Assembly: GCA_965261735.1 (NCBI GenBank)
Contig: OZ253470.1
Coordinates: forward strand, 3,296,001-3,360,000
DNA: 64,000 nt
Direction of reading: 5' to 3'
Origin: Alphaproteobacteria bacterium
Lineage (GTDB): Bacteria; Pseudomonadota; Alphaproteobacteria; SHVV01
Every line of letters begins with the position of its first letter. Position 1 is the first letter of the stretch. Below are positions 39,998 through 52,089 of the stretch, piece after piece. The position numbers and the translations under genes are program-made. A model generated the notes under the pieces. It had not been told where the DNA came from. It made no database searches and saw nothing but the letters and a program-made list of their open reading frames with translations.

Positions 39998-40815
39998 ATG
40001 AACGCCACTGAAATTGCCGCTACGCTGAGTGTACGAGCCGCAGACGTCTGCCGCCGCTACCTTCCCCGCGGCCGCAAACAGGGCAGATACTGGACAGTCG
40101 GCGACACAAACGGCGCCAAGGGGCGCTCGCTCTTTGTGCGCCTGGCCTTCCAGGCATACCCGAGAAATGGACCGGCGCCGCGACCAACAAGCATGGCGAT
40201 CTGCTCGATCTCATCCGTCTGCGCACCGGCTGAGCATCGCTGCGCCGCGCCATGGAGGAGGCCCTCGCGTTCCTCTCATTGCCGCCGTCCACCCCCGCCA
40301 ATGGCGCCGCCGCCGAGGGCGTGCAGCGCACCTGGATCGACCCCAAGCGACCCGCCAAGGCCAACCTCGCCCGCCCCCGTAAAGCACTTGGGCGTGTCCA
40401 CGGCAGGGCTGTGCGATTCGGCGGGTCCGCCTCCGGCGCGACCCTGCTTGCCGGCGAGGGCATCGAAACCGTGCTGTCACTGGTCACCGCCGTCCCCGGC
40501 ATTCATGCCGCGGCGGCTCTATCAGCGGGCAGCCTCGGCGCCTTCGAACCGCCCCAAGACCTCGTGCTGTTGGTCATCGCCCGCGATAAAGACATGGAAG
40601 GCGGGCACGCCGCAAACCGTCTTCAGAGCCGTTGCGTGGAACGCGGCATTCCCTCAATCGTGATTGTCCCCGAACACTCCGATTTTAATGACGACCTCGT
40701 TGCCTTCGGAGAAGAAACCCTTGCGGCCCGGATCGCGCCCCTTATTGCAAGCATAGAGTCCGGGGGAACGGTGGAAGAGAGGCGTGGGAGTGGGAGAATA
40801 ATTAGCCCGTCATGA
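39998..40815 (+). pseudogene. Toprim/primase-like mobile-element protein, frameshifted and internally deleted
   Basis: VCRRYLP.G...GRSLFVRL, HGDLLDLI, GEGIET.LS, DFNDDL spread over several frames with a TGA. Confidence 0.75.
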
Positions 40816-41103
40816 TGTCTCATTGTCCCACACGTTCTCACTGCGCCAACCCCTGCGGGGTCCTCCACTCCGCTCACGCTCCGTTACGGCGATAGCGCGC
40901 AATGCCACGCCGCTGCGCGGCTAGCGCCGGTTGAATACGCGACCGTGGCTCAGTCGCTCCGCTCCCTGCGCCCGCACCACTCGCGCATCCCCCCGGCGCA
41001 GGCATTCCGGCCATCGTGGCTCCGCTGCGAGCGCGTGAAACAAAGAGTCATCACGACGGGGCAGCCCGCCTCGGAGGATAGAAACATTGCATTGGAGAGA
41101 ATC

Positions 41104-42021
41104 ATGCAAGAGTTCATTAGCACCGAAACGTCGTCACAGACCGCAATGGCTTGCGAACAGGCCGCCCTGTTCGGCGCGACCCCTGGTCCCGAAGAGTTCG
41201 ACAATCGAGAGATCTGGAACGAGGACGAGGCGCTTGCCGGGATCGAGGAAGCGATCCACATACTGGCCGGCGCCGTCGCACCGGACGGCACGCAACTCGC
41301 CGACGAACGCGAGAGCCTGCTCTGGGGCTTCGTGAATACGCTGCACGCACAGGTCCGGCGCCTCGACCGCGGTATCGACAAGATCGCGCCCGAGATGAAA
41401 GACCTCGGCCAGGAACAGGACGGCTCCGAGATCAAGTCGCGCGAACTGGAACTCCTGACCGACCGGGTCCAGAACCTCGGCGACCGCCGCGACGCCTTCG
41501 AGGCCATGCGCGACCTCGCCGCCGAGGGATACCGCACCGAGACCGGCGATACTTGGCGCCCGCGCAACGGATCGCACAGCAGCCAGACCGGCAAACTCAC
41601 CTCCGCCGCCATCGACGCCCGCGACTACCTGCGCGCACGAAAGGACCGCGAGACCTCCGCGCATCTGCCCGAAGGCACCCTGGTCGCCTTCACCGGCGGC
41701 AAGGACTTCGGCGACGTCACCGCCATCTGGCGCTCCCTCGACAGCATCAAAATCAAGTACGACGATATGGTCCTGCTGCACGGCGGCGGACCTGGAGCGG
41801 AGAAGATCGCGGCAAGCTGGGCCGAGAAGAACGGCGTTCACCAGGTCGTATGCAAACCCAATTGGGACCGGGACGGCAAGGCCGCACCCTTCCGGCGTAA
41901 CGACGTCCTGCTCAACTTCCTGCCGAAGGGCCTCCTCGCCTTTCCCGGTTCTGGCATCACCAACAATCTAGTCGACAAGGCACGCAAGATCGGAATTCCC
42001 GTACTTGTCGCCGCCGCGTAG
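41104..42021 (+). CDS. DUF2493 / SLOG-family protein
   Basis: VAFTGG, LLHGGGPGAEKIA..WA, KAAPFRRND, AFPGSGI. Confidence 0.82.
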   Translation: MQEFISTETSSQTAMACEQAALFGATPGPEEFDNREIWNEDEALAGIEEAIHILAGAVAPDGTQLADERESLLWGFVNTLHAQVRRLDRGIDKIAPEMKDLGQEQDGSEIKSRELELLTDRVQNLGDRRDAFEAMRDLAAEGYRTETGDTWRPRNGSHSSQTGKLTSAAIDARDYLRARKDRETSAHLPEGTLVAFTGGKDFGDVTAIWRSLDSIKIKYDDMVLLHGGGPGAEKIAASWAEKNGVHQVVCKPNWDRDGKAAPFRRNDVLLNFLPKGLLAFPGSGITNNLVDKARKIGIPVLVAAA

Positions 42022-42361
42022 CGATACCCCTCAGGGTCGGCCTCCGCCATCACTCGGTAGAGGTCGACCCCTTTTTTTGCCGGTTGGTTAGAGAAACAAA
42101 CCATGGCGGGGCGCTTCGCGCCACCGCCAACCGCGCGAGCTTACGCTCGCTGGCGGCTCCTCGTTCTTCGAACGATCCATCGCCGCCGATCGGCTCGCCG
42201 CTTCGCGCCATCGCCGTACGCGGGCGCTGATGCGCCACGCCAGCGCCCGGCCATCCCCCATTGCAACTTCATTATCCGCATCCCGAAAATAGCCACGACG
42301 GACCGCCATTCTTCGAACGCCGCTTCCTTGCTTTGCGAACCCACATGCACCTCCGTTCGGC

Positions 42362-42664
42362 TCAGAACGGATCACTGCTTTCTTCCGACACCATGGACCT
42401 CGTGGCCTCGGCAACCTCCCTTCCCGGCAATACGCCCTTGTCCAGAAACGTCAGCAGACTGCGCTCCGTGATATCGATGCCGCCCGATCTCAACACCTCA
42501 TGCATTTGAGCCACCGTCACTCCCTTCGCCTGTTGCTCGATCAGCCGCTTCCGCAAACGGTCCAGCACATCCGTCAGGCTCAGCTTAGGCAGCACAAGTT
42601 TCGCCAATTCACCGTCTATGGCATCGAAGTCGATATCCGCTTCATTGAAGCGTTTCGCCGGCAT
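42362..42664 (-). CDS. Small protein divergent from the relaxase (probable relaxosome accessory protein)
   Basis: 100-aa ORF with SD GGGAGATGG; position opposite the relaxase across an AT-rich spacer. Confidence 0.6.
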   Translation of the reverse strand: MPAKRFNEADIDFDAIDGELAKLVLPKLSLTDVLDRLRKRLIEQQAKGVTVAQMHEVLRSGGIDITERSLLTFLDKGVLPGREVAEATRSMVSEESSDPF

Positions 42665-43068
42665 CGTCCATCTCCCGGCTGTTTACAGAATCCGCGATCA
42701 GGCCCGGATTCTGCCATTGGCCCGACAGCCGGTCAATTCCGCCGTTCGAACGGCCATTTCAAGTGTGCCGCCACGTTCCAAGGCAGGGCCAAATTCCTCT
42801 TGATCTCCGACGATGCAGTCTATATCATCTCGCGAAACATCAGATAGAGCATAAGCCGTTTCACACCTCTGCACCTTTGGTGCCATGATTTCGATAAATG
42901 TAATGAAGTTTGCCCTGATTTGTAAAGATCGCCTGAACGTTTCGGTAAGTGATTGAAAAATAATTGAATTTCTAAGGCTGGAATCGTGAGAGCTACAACA
43001 GTCATAATCCAGCTGTACTCCGGGCAGGTTGTATCCCTACCCGGCAACGTCGTTACCGAGCTCGTGTC
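42665..43068. other. Candidate oriT region
   Basis: AT-rich non-coding interval between divergent accessory gene and relaxase; nic site not identified. Confidence 0.45.
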
Positions 43069-46000
43069 ATGGTAGCCACTCTGGCTCAGGCCGCGTCGGC
43101 CGCCTATTACCTGGAGAGCCAGCGCTCCTTTCGTCATCCCAACGAGTACTACACGGCAGGAGAAGAACCGGATGGCGTCTGGTTCAATCCGAAGGCTCTG
43201 TTCGGCCTTGCCGACAAAGGTAAGGTCGACAGTAGTGACTTTCACCGGCTGTATAGCGGCTTCGCACCTAACACTGGAGGCAAGCTTACACAGAACGCGG
43301 GCAGCGAGCGGCGGTCAGCGGGTCTCGACATGACGTTCAGCGCAGACAAGAGCGTTTCAGCCTTGTGGGCTGTCGCCGATCCGGAACTGCGTTCGGAGAT
43401 CGAGCGGGCGCATAATGATGCTGCCCGGGTAGCACTTGAGGAGACGATGCTCCGTCATTGCGCCTATACCCGCATCCGCAACCGGGACGGTGAGATCGAG
43501 GTGCTGCCCGCCGATATATCGGCGGCAATGTTCCAACATGGAACCAGCCGGGACAACGACCCGCAACTGCATACCCACTGCGTGATCTTCAATGCGGCCC
43601 GGACACACCGGGACGGCAAGTACCGGGCGCTGCATCAGCACCCGGTCTACACCTGGATGAAGGCAGCGGGAGCGGTCTACCGCAATACAATGGCCTGGAG
43701 CCTGCAAGAGCGTCTCGGTATCCGCATGGAACAGTATGGGAAGGATGGAGAGTTCACGCGGATCGCAGGCATGCCCGAGGATCTGATCGGACACTGGTCC
43801 AAGCGCCGGGCGGCGATTATCGACGCGGCCCGGGAGATGGGCTTTACAGTCGAGGGCAACGCGCCACGGGCAGCGGCGGCGAACAAGATCACACGGGCCG
43901 GCAAGTCACCAGATAATGACCCGGAAATTCGGCATCGACGCTGGCGCGGCGAAGCGGACGGCTTTATCGAACGCGAGGCGCTGGTCGTCTCGCTTTTGGG
44001 TAAGGCGGAGGAGATTACCCAAGAGCAGATTCGGGCGCTGACAGAAGTCCTGGAAGACTTGCCGTACCGCCTTACGCGCGAGGAAGCAGTCTTCCGCCTG
44101 CCGGATATCGTCGAGCGGGTGGGCAATGCAACCGCCGGATTGCTCGGCCGGGACGCGGTGGCGACAAGCATAGAGCGTGTCCTGCTGAGCCCGGAGGTGG
44201 TGCGCCTGACCCGCCCGCCGCGTTCGGCCGAGGGCCGGGCCGACATGGCGCACACGAGACTGTATTCAACCCGTCACAACCTGCAGATGGAGCAGGAAGT
44301 CCGGGATATGGCGGAAGGCATGACCGCCGATACGGGAAATTCCCTGTCTGCCCAGGCCATCGAGGCAAAGGTGACGGGGCTGCTGAAGGCGGGCTATCCG
44401 CTGAGCGAAGAACAGATAACGGCAATACGGTCGGTCACCTCATCCGCGGGCCGGGTCGCCATCATCGAGGGAGCGGCGGGCTCGGGTAAAACCACGACAT
44501 TGCGGCCCATCGCCGATCTCTACCGTGAACACGGACAGAGCATCATCGCCACCGCCGTGGCCTGGCGCACGGCGGTGGCGCTCGGCAACGACGTCGACGC
44601 GCGTCCCTTCTGCGTCGACAAGCTGCTGCGCCTCGCCGCACGGGGCGGGATCGAGATTAACAAGGACACCACCATCATCGTCGACGAGGCGGGGATGCTG
44701 TCGACCCGCCAGGCGCATCACATTCTCCAACTCTCCGAGCGCCATGGAGCGAAGATCGTCTTCGCGGGCGACACCCAACAACAGCAGCCCGTTGAGGCGG
44801 GACCGGGGCTGAGGCTGATCCGTGACGCCGTTGGCAGTGTGCGGGTGGACCGCATACGGCGCCAGAAGGCGGACCTGGAGGATATCCTGACCCATATCCA
44901 GGGGGAGACACCTGAGAGGGCACGGCTCCTGGCGAGTTCGATGGGAGAGGAGAGGCGCACCAGACTTCTTAACTACTACGAGAACATGAAGGGAAAACTT
45001 GTATTTACGCCCTGGCAGGTCGCTGCATCCGAGGCGCTGCGCGACGGCGATGCGGCATCGGCCATTGCAGCGCATCATCTGCGCGGGCGGTTCCATATCG
45101 GGTATGACGAAGAAAAGACGCTGACGGGCTTGGTCGACGACTGGGACCGCTACCAGCGGGTGAACCCCGGCAAGTCCAGCGTGGTGCTGGCGCGCACACG
45201 GGCCGAGGTGAGGGCACTGTCGCATCTGATGCGGGAACGCCGGTTCGCTGCACCGTCGGATGGAGAGCGGGCCGATGCGGACCGGGTCACGGTGATCGTC
45301 AGCAGGGGCACCGAAGACGATCGGACAACCTCGCCGCTGGAGATCGTACGCGGCGATTGCTTGCGCATCGGCGCCACCCACTGGGAGAAGCAGCTGTTCA
45401 ACGGCACCGTGGTCACGGTGGAAGACTTCAAGGTTGAAAAAGCTGAGGCCGGTACGGAGCCGAGTGTCCTGATATCGGCGCGCACCGAAGATGGGCGAGC
45501 CGTATCGTTCCATCACGACGAGATCCGCGACTGGTACGGCAATATCCGTCTCGATCACGGCTATGCCCTCACCATCACATCGGCCCAGGGGCTGACCGTG
45601 GACCGGACGTTCCTGCTGGCCGACGCAAGGCCCTCGCGAGAAACGATCTATCCGGCGGCTACGCGCCATCGCGAGGCACTGGATATATATGTCAACCGGG
45701 CGCCGCTCGCCCTCGATATCGCCGACAGGCGGGCCGACAACGACCGGGAAGCGGCGGTGACGGACACCGAGATCCGGGCGTATCTGGCCGAACGCTGGTC
45801 GCGCTCGCAGCCGAAGGAGGCGGCGCTCGACTACATGGCCGATGGCGTATGGGAAGACCGCCGGGAGAATGTCCGGGAGGACAAGGCCCGGTTTGTTGGA
45901 GAAACACAGGGAGAACCATCAGAAGCCCGGGCGGCGGCGAACGACAACGCCCTGGCCCGCATCGCGCGGGATGTCCGGCGCACCGCCTTCGCCTGGCGCC

Positions 46001-48600
46001 ATGCCCAAACGGTGTCTTCGTTTGCCGACGGCCGCAGGCAAGTTCTGGCGGCTTACGACGATCTCCGCGAACGGACCCGCATTGAAGGCGACACAGTAGC
46101 CCTCGGAGGGGCTTTCCAGGAGACCCTCACCCGTCATGCCATATTGCTGAAACAAGCGGAGACCTTCCGCGCCCGGCCGGACGATTTCGCGTCCCTGCTG
46201 GCCGAACGCGGCGGCATCGCCCGCAAGGACCTCGACGTCTTCGAGGACCTCCATGCCCGGGCGCGGCGCCACCGGCGCGCGGCCACGATGCGGCACCTGC
46301 ATCGGATCAAGCGGGAGGCGGAACAGGAAGCGCAACATCCGAAACCCGAATTGCAGCAAGGGGAGCTGGCGCTGGAGGGCGGCCGCGCCGAAGCGCCCAG
46401 GCGCGCCGATACGGTGACGCGGGACACGGCCGGGATGCAGTCTCCCGTTCGTGACGCGGCGCCGGCCCAGTACCTCGACACCGTCCCGCCGGTCGAAGCC
46501 GAAGATTACCCCTGGGCACACGCCGCGGCCGCGCAGGAGGATGTGCCGCCGCCCATGCCGTCCCACGATCGTGCCACGGTGCAACCCGAAAGCGCCGTTA
46601 CGCCACCCGATGCGGCGGCGCCCCTCACCGATGCCGAACCCGCAAATCCGGACTGGCTGGCGCCTTACGAAGCCTTTCAGCGGGACTGGAATGAACTGAT
46701 CGAACGAGTCCAACAAACCGGGGAGCCGTTATTCTACGCCAAGGGATACGCGGCCATGATCCCGCGCATCCGGGCGCTGGCGGAGAACCCGGATATCCCG
46801 GCCGGGACACGGGCGCCGATGATCGAGGCATTCGAAAAGTACCAACGGGATCTCTCGGCGCGCCAATACGTCGAGGACTTTCTTGACGCCGCCGAACGGC
46901 ACATGAACACGCATGCTTCCCTCCAGCGCGTCGCCGACAGGCTCGGTGTTCGGATCGTTGAGGTATCGGATCACCTGGGCTGGAGGCAGGAAGCGGACCG
47001 TCTGACAGAAGTGGCCGAGGCCATCCTCGCGGACGGCGAGAGGTATGGCGTTCATCTCGACAATATGGAAACCGGTAGGGTGCGCATGGAAGGGGAACTG
47101 TCACGGCTGCGCCGCATCATCCGGGAGGATGGTGAATTTGCCGCCGTAGGCAGGAAACCGGAACCGCGCAGCGAACCCGTGGATACACGGGAGGAAGTCG
47201 AACAACCGGAGCCTGGGGAGGCGGCCTGGATCCCCGCCTACAAAGCCCTGCGGCAGGACTGGAACAGCCTCATCGAAGACGCCCGACAAACCGGTGTCCC
47301 ATTATTCTATGCCAAGGGCTACATGGACATCATCCCGCGCGTCTGGGAATTGATGGAGAACGGGCAAATCCCGGCCAAGTCACAGGCGCCCTTGATCCAG
47401 GTGCTTGAGAACCACCAGCACTATCTCTCTACCCGCAAACATATCCTGGACTATCCGGGCGAAGTGGAACGCCACATGGATGCACGAGCCTCTCTCCATG
47501 ACGTTGCGGCGGATCGGGAAATCGAGCTGACAGCGGTTTCGACCTATCCGGACTGGCGGCAGGAGGCCGAGCGCCTGACGGCGACCGGCAAGGCCATCCT
47601 CTCCGGCAAGGAAACATACGGCGCCCATCTTGAGAGACTCGTCACGGCCAGGACGCACATGACAAGGGCGCTCTCGGCGCTTCGCGAGGTGATTGGGCAT
47701 GATGACAAGGAGCTGGCCGAACGGCAGGCGCGTGAACTGCGGCGTTTGCGAAACCGCCACTGGGTCGGTCCCCGGTTCGCTTTGGATGACGGCACCGCGC
47801 TGGACGCGGCGCGGGCCATGTCCCCCAGCGCATCGCCTGTGCAGGCGGCACTCTCCGGGCTCGGCCGAGCCATCGGCTACCTCGTCAGCGGGCAGGACTA
47901 CCAAAATCGGCTGCGGGATGCGAGGTTCGCGCGGCAGGCTCTGGAGCGCTCGGAGGCATTGAAGCGGGACTGGAACCGCCAGGTGGATCGTGCCGCGGAG
48001 GAGGGCGTCCATGTCATCTACACGGATGGCTACGACCGTCTGCACAAGGGGCTGGACAAGGTCTCCCAGAACATGCTCCTGGATCGGGGCGTCAAATCGG
48101 AGATCAGTACGGTGCTCGCTCAAATCGGCAAGGTCGTGTCAAGCCGCGACTACTTCGACGATTGCCGCGAACACATGGTGTGCCAGATGGACCGCCGAGA
48201 GGCGCTGGTGGCCAAGGCGGCCGAGCGGGGCATGGCGGTTCCCGACCTTGGGCCCTATGACACATGGCGGGACGTGACTGACTTTGCGGTGGGCCGCTGC
48301 GAGGAACTCATGGACGACCCGGGGAATTACGGCATCCACCTCGATTACATTGCACACACGCAAGAGAGCCTCGACTCAGCACTCGCTTGGGTTCGCGAAG
48401 TGCTTGAAGACGACGACCGGCACTTAGCTGTGACCCTAGCAGGGCAACAAGAGGGTGAGGACATCCGAATGCGCGAGCAGCGCGTCGCCCGACTCCTCGA
48501 CGATCCGGAGAAGCTCCGGGAGTTGCGGCAACAGCGCGCCGAGCGCAAGGCCGAAAAGCAACAACAGAGCAAGGGCCGCCATTGGAGCATGCGAATGTAG
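43069..48600 (+). CDS. MobF (TrwC/TraI-like) relaxase-helicase with long repeated C-terminal extension
   Basis: N-terminal YY..YY, DMTFSADKSVS, HGTSRDNDPQLHTH, GAAGSGKT, DEAG, SAQGLTVD. Confidence 0.95.
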   Translation: MVATLAQAASAAYYLESQRSFRHPNEYYTAGEEPDGVWFNPKALFGLADKGKVDSSDFHRLYSGFAPNTGGKLTQNAGSERRSAGLDMTFSADKSVSALWAVADPELRSEIERAHNDAARVALEETMLRHCAYTRIRNRDGEIEVLPADISAAMFQHGTSRDNDPQLHTHCVIFNAARTHRDGKYRALHQHPVYTWMKAAGAVYRNTMAWSLQERLGIRMEQYGKDGEFTRIAGMPEDLIGHWSKRRAAIIDAAREMGFTVEGNAPRAAAANKITRAGKSPDNDPEIRHRRWRGEADGFIEREALVVSLLGKAEEITQEQIRALTEVLEDLPYRLTREEAVFRLPDIVERVGNATAGLLGRDAVATSIERVLLSPEVVRLTRPPRSAEGRADMAHTRLYSTRHNLQMEQEVRDMAEGMTADTGNSLSAQAIEAKVTGLLKAGYPLSEEQITAIRSVTSSAGRVAIIEGAAGSGKTTTLRPIADLYREHGQSIIATAVAWRTAVALGNDVDARPFCVDKLLRLAARGGIEINKDTTIIVDEAGMLSTRQAHHILQLSERHGAKIVFAGDTQQQQPVEAGPGLRLIRDAVGSVRVDRIRRQKADLEDILTHIQGETPERARLLASSMGEERRTRLLNYYENMKGKLVFTPWQVAASEALRDGDAASAIAAHHLRGRFHIGYDEEKTLTGLVDDWDRYQRVNPGKSSVVLARTRAEVRALSHLMRERRFAAPSDGERADADRVTVIVSRGTEDDRTTSPLEIVRGDCLRIGATHWEKQLFNGTVVTVEDFKVEKAEAGTEPSVLISARTEDGRAVSFHHDEIRDWYGNIRLDHGYALTITSAQGLTVDRTFLLADARPSRETIYPAATRHREALDIYVNRAPLALDIADRRADNDREAAVTDTEIRAYLAERWSRSQPKEAALDYMADGVWEDRRENVREDKARFVGETQGEPSEARAAANDNALARIARDVRRTAFAWRHAQTVSSFADGRRQVLAAYDDLRERTRIEGDTVALGGAFQETLTRHAILLKQAETFRARPDDFASLLAERGGIARKDLDVFEDLHARARRHRRAATMRHLHRIKREAEQEAQHPKPELQQGELALEGGRAEAPRRADTVTRDTAGMQSPVRDAAPAQYLDTVPPVEAEDYPWAHAAAAQEDVPPPMPSHDRATVQPESAVTPPDAAAPLTDAEPANPDWLAPYEAFQRDWNELIERVQQTGEPLFYAKGYAAMIPRIRALAENPDIPAGTRAPMIEAFEKYQRDLSARQYVEDFLDAAERHMNTHASLQRVADRLGVRIVEVSDHLGWRQEADRLTEVAEAILADGERYGVHLDNMETGRVRMEGELSRLRRIIREDGEFAAVGRKPEPRSEPVDTREEVEQPEPGEAAWIPAYKALRQDWNSLIEDARQTGVPLFYAKGYMDIIPRVWELMENGQIPAKSQAPLIQVLENHQHYLSTRKHILDYPGEVERHMDARASLHDVAADREIELTAVSTYPDWRQEAERLTATGKAILSGKETYGAHLERLVTARTHMTRALSALREVIGHDDKELAERQARELRRLRNRHWVGPRFALDDGTALDAARAMSPSASPVQAALSGLGRAIGYLVSGQDYQNRLRDARFARQALERSEALKRDWNRQVDRAAEEGVHVIYTDGYDRLHKGLDKVSQNMLLDRGVKSEISTVLAQIGKVVSSRDYFDDCREHMVCQMDRREALVAKAAERGMAVPDLGPYDTWRDVTDFAVGRCEELMDDPGNYGIHLDYIAHTQESLDSALAWVREVLEDDDRHLAVTLAGQQEGEDIRMREQRVARLLDDPEKLRELRQQRAERKAEKQQQSKGRHWSMRM

Positions 48601-48785
48601 TCCGGGCTGGTCGCGCTGGCGACAGGATCGCGATAGCGTCGTTCATCGGACGAAGGGAGTCCACGACACGACCAAGGTACGTGGGGTGCGCGCTGCACGC
48701 ATGACCGGGGCTCGCGTCCTCGCTGCGGACAGTAAATCTGCACGAATGCTTGCACGCTGGGCAATGCTCGACCAGAACGGGATTG

Positions 48786-51700
48786 ATGGCGGGAACGAAC
48801 ACAAAGTTGTCGACGGCGGTTGAGGCGTATTTTGCCGACCTCGAACGGGTGCGCGCGTCGGGCGGCGCAACCGGGGAACGCTCTTCGTACGGGCCGCTCG
48901 CCAATCTGCTGAACGCCGTCGGCGCGTCGCTCAAGCCGAAGGTGTTCTGCGTAGGCGAGCTTGCTGATCAGGGTGCGGGCCATCCCGACTTCGGCCTTTA
49001 TTCGGCGAAGCAGGTACAGCGGGGTCGGCCTCGCAAAGGCCAAGTACCGGAACGCGGTGTCGTCGAGGTGAAGGCGGTGGACGACGATGCCTGGCTCACG
49101 GCGGCGGGCGATCAGGTCAGCCGCTACTGGGGGCGCTATCGGCTGGTGCTCGTGACCAACACGCGCGATTTCGTGCTGGTGGGCGAGGACGCGGCGGGCC
49201 GCCCGGCGAAGCTCGAAACCTTCCGGCTTGCAGACAGCGCGGATGACTTCCGGCACCAACTGGAAAAGCCCCGCGCATTTGCCCGCGCGGCCGGTGCTGG
49301 CCTCGGAGAATATCTCGGCCGTGCGTTGTCGCACCGGGCCGCGCTGGCGGAGCCGAAAGATCTTGCGTGGCTCCTTGCCTCATATGCGCGCGACGGGCTG
49401 GCGCGGGTCGAGGCGGCGGGCGATGCACCGGCGCTTGCAACGGTGCGCGCCGCGTTGGAAGACGCCTTGGGCGTGCGCTTCGAGGGCGAGCGCGGCGCGC
49501 GCTTCTTCCATTCGACGCTTGTGCAGACGCTGTTCTACGGTGTCTTCTCCGCGTGGGTCCTGTGGGCGCGGCAGAGTCCGCCTCCCGTTGGCGGGTTCGA
49601 TTGGCGCACCGCGGTCTGGCATCTGCGAGCGCCTGTGCTGGCGGCGCTGTTCCAGCAGCTATCGCAGCCGGGACGACTGCAACCGCTCGGACTCGTCGAA
49701 GTGCTTGACTGGACGGCCGCTGCGCTCGACCGGGTAGACCGGGGAATGTTCTTCTCGCGGTTCAACGAAGGCGAAGCGGTTCCTTATTTTTGCGAGCCGT
49801 TTCTGGAAGCCTTCGATCCCGAACAGCGCAAGCAGCTGGGGGTCTGGTACACGCCGACGGAAGTTGTTCGCTACATGGTCGCTCGCGTTGACAAGACGTT
49901 GAGGGACGATCTCGGCATCCCGGAGGGGCTGGCGGCGGAGAATGTTTATGTGCTCGATCCCTGTTGTGGCACGGGGGCCTATCTGGCCGAAGTACTGCGT
50001 CGTATCGCGGCCAATCTTGAAGGTCTGGGCCTCGGGGCGCTCTCTGGCGCGCGGGTGAAACAGGCGGCGACCGAAAGAGTGTTTGGCTTCGAGATCATGC
50101 CCGCACCTTTTGTCATCGCGCATTTGCAGGTCGGTTTGACGATGCAGGGCCTCGATGCAACGCTTGCCGAGGACGGAACTGAGCGCGCCGGGATATTCCT
50201 GACCAACGCGCTGACCGGCTGGGAGCCGCGCGCGACCAAACCGTTACCATTCCCGGAACTGGAGGAAGAGCGCGACCGCGCGGAGAGAGTGAAGCAGGAA
50301 ACGCCGATCCTCGTGATCCTCGGTAATCCGCCATACAACGGCTTCGCCGGGATGGCGGTGGACGAGGAAAGGGAACTGTCGGAAGCCTACCGCACGACGA
50401 AGCGGGTGCGCCAACCGGAAGGTCAGGGGTTGAACGACCTCTACGTTCGCTTCTTCCGCATGGCCGAACGGCGGATCGCGGAGAAGACGGGCCGAGGTGT
50501 TGTCTGCTTCATCTCCAACTATTCCTGGCTGGACGGCCTGTCATTCACGGGGATGCGGGAACGCTATCTTGGAGTCGTTCGATGCCATCCGCATCGACTG
50601 CCTGAATGGCGACAAGTACAAGACAGGCAAGGTCGCGCCGGACGGTACGCCGGACCCCAGCATCTTCTCGACCGGGGGCGATCCGGTCGGCATCCAGGTC
50701 GGCACCGCCATCGCTACCCTGGTGCGCAAGGCAGAGCACGCGCCAGCGGAGACAGAGTCGCTCTACGGAACCGTGGAGCCCATACTGCCGCTCGGTCTGC
50801 CCTTTGTGCGGACGGCGGTGAGCGCGGGCTGGTTCGACTGGCCATCGCTGCCCGATCTTTTTCCGGTGTCCTTCCCCGGAGTCCAGACCAAGCGCGACTC
50901 TTTCTTGATCGACGTCGATTTTACCCGGCTTAAGGAACGGGTAAGCGCTTACTTCGACCCGGATCTGAGACACGAGGAAATTGTGCGGCGTTATCCGGTA
51001 TCGATTAAAAGTTCGTCCGGCTTCGTGGTTCGTGACGCACGTGCTGTTCGAACTGCGCTGCTGAGCCGCGGAGGTCCAAATGAAGGCGGGTTTGTCCGGT
51101 TCGCGTATCGGCCATTCGATGATCGCTGGCTCTACTGGGACGCGGGGCGTGGTCTACTTGGTCGCCCGAGCTCGGATTATTGGCCGCACGCGTTTCCAGG
51201 AAACCCGTTCATCGAGGCACGCGAACGCGACACCAAGGAAACATTTTCAAGGGGCACCTTGGTTCGGACTCTTGCTGACAATTTCGGAAACGGCTTTTCA
51301 AGCTTCTATCCGATGCAACTCCGCGACAACGGAATCGGGAACGATGGCGCCGCCACGCACCGCCCCAATCTTTCCGCCACCGCGCAACGATATCTCGACT
51401 GCCTTGGCCTCGGCATCGAAGACTTGTTCCATCACGTCCTCGCTACCTTGCATGATCCCGCCTATCGCGAGGCCAACGCCGGGGCGCTGCGCATGGAATG
51501 GCCGCGCATCCCGCTGCCGGGCTGGCCGGAGGGCGGAGCCGACGGCGCGGCTGAGGCAATCGCGGTATCAGCGGCACGCGGTCGCGAGCTCGCCGCACTG
51601 CTCAATCCCGAAGCGCCCGTCCGCGGCGTGACGCAAGCGCCCCTGCGCCCGGAGTTCGCCGCCATCGCCGTCCCGGCTACCGTGGACGATCGCAACATGG

Positions 51701-52089
51701 CGGGCGACGATTTCGCAGTCACTGCGGGCTGGGGTCATTACGGCCAAGGCGACGCCGTGATGCCGGGTCACGGCCGCACCGCCGAACGAGCCTTCTCGGC
51801 CGCAGAGCGTGCGGCCTTGAACGACGCCTCCTCCGTGCTTGGAGAGAGGACAATCGATATCTACCTGAACGCTGATGCATTTTGGCGCAACGTGCCGGAG
51901 ACCGTTTGGAACTATCGCCTCGGCGGCTACCAAGTCCTCAAGAAATGGCTCTCGTACCGCGAACGTCCCATCCTTGGCCGTCCGCTCAAGCTTGAGGAAG
52001 TCCAGTATTTCTCTGACATGGCACGGCGTATTCAGGGAATCATCTTCTCGATGCCCCACGACTTATCTATACGGGAGGGCTCTCATTGA
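48786..52089 (+). pseudogene. Type ISP/IIG-like restriction-modification enzyme (nuclease-N6-MTase-TRD), frameshifted near 50570
   Basis: GHPDFG..EVK nuclease, GVWYTP, DPCCGTG, GNPPY, YRPFD, GGYQVLKKWLSYRE split over two frames. Confidence 0.88.
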
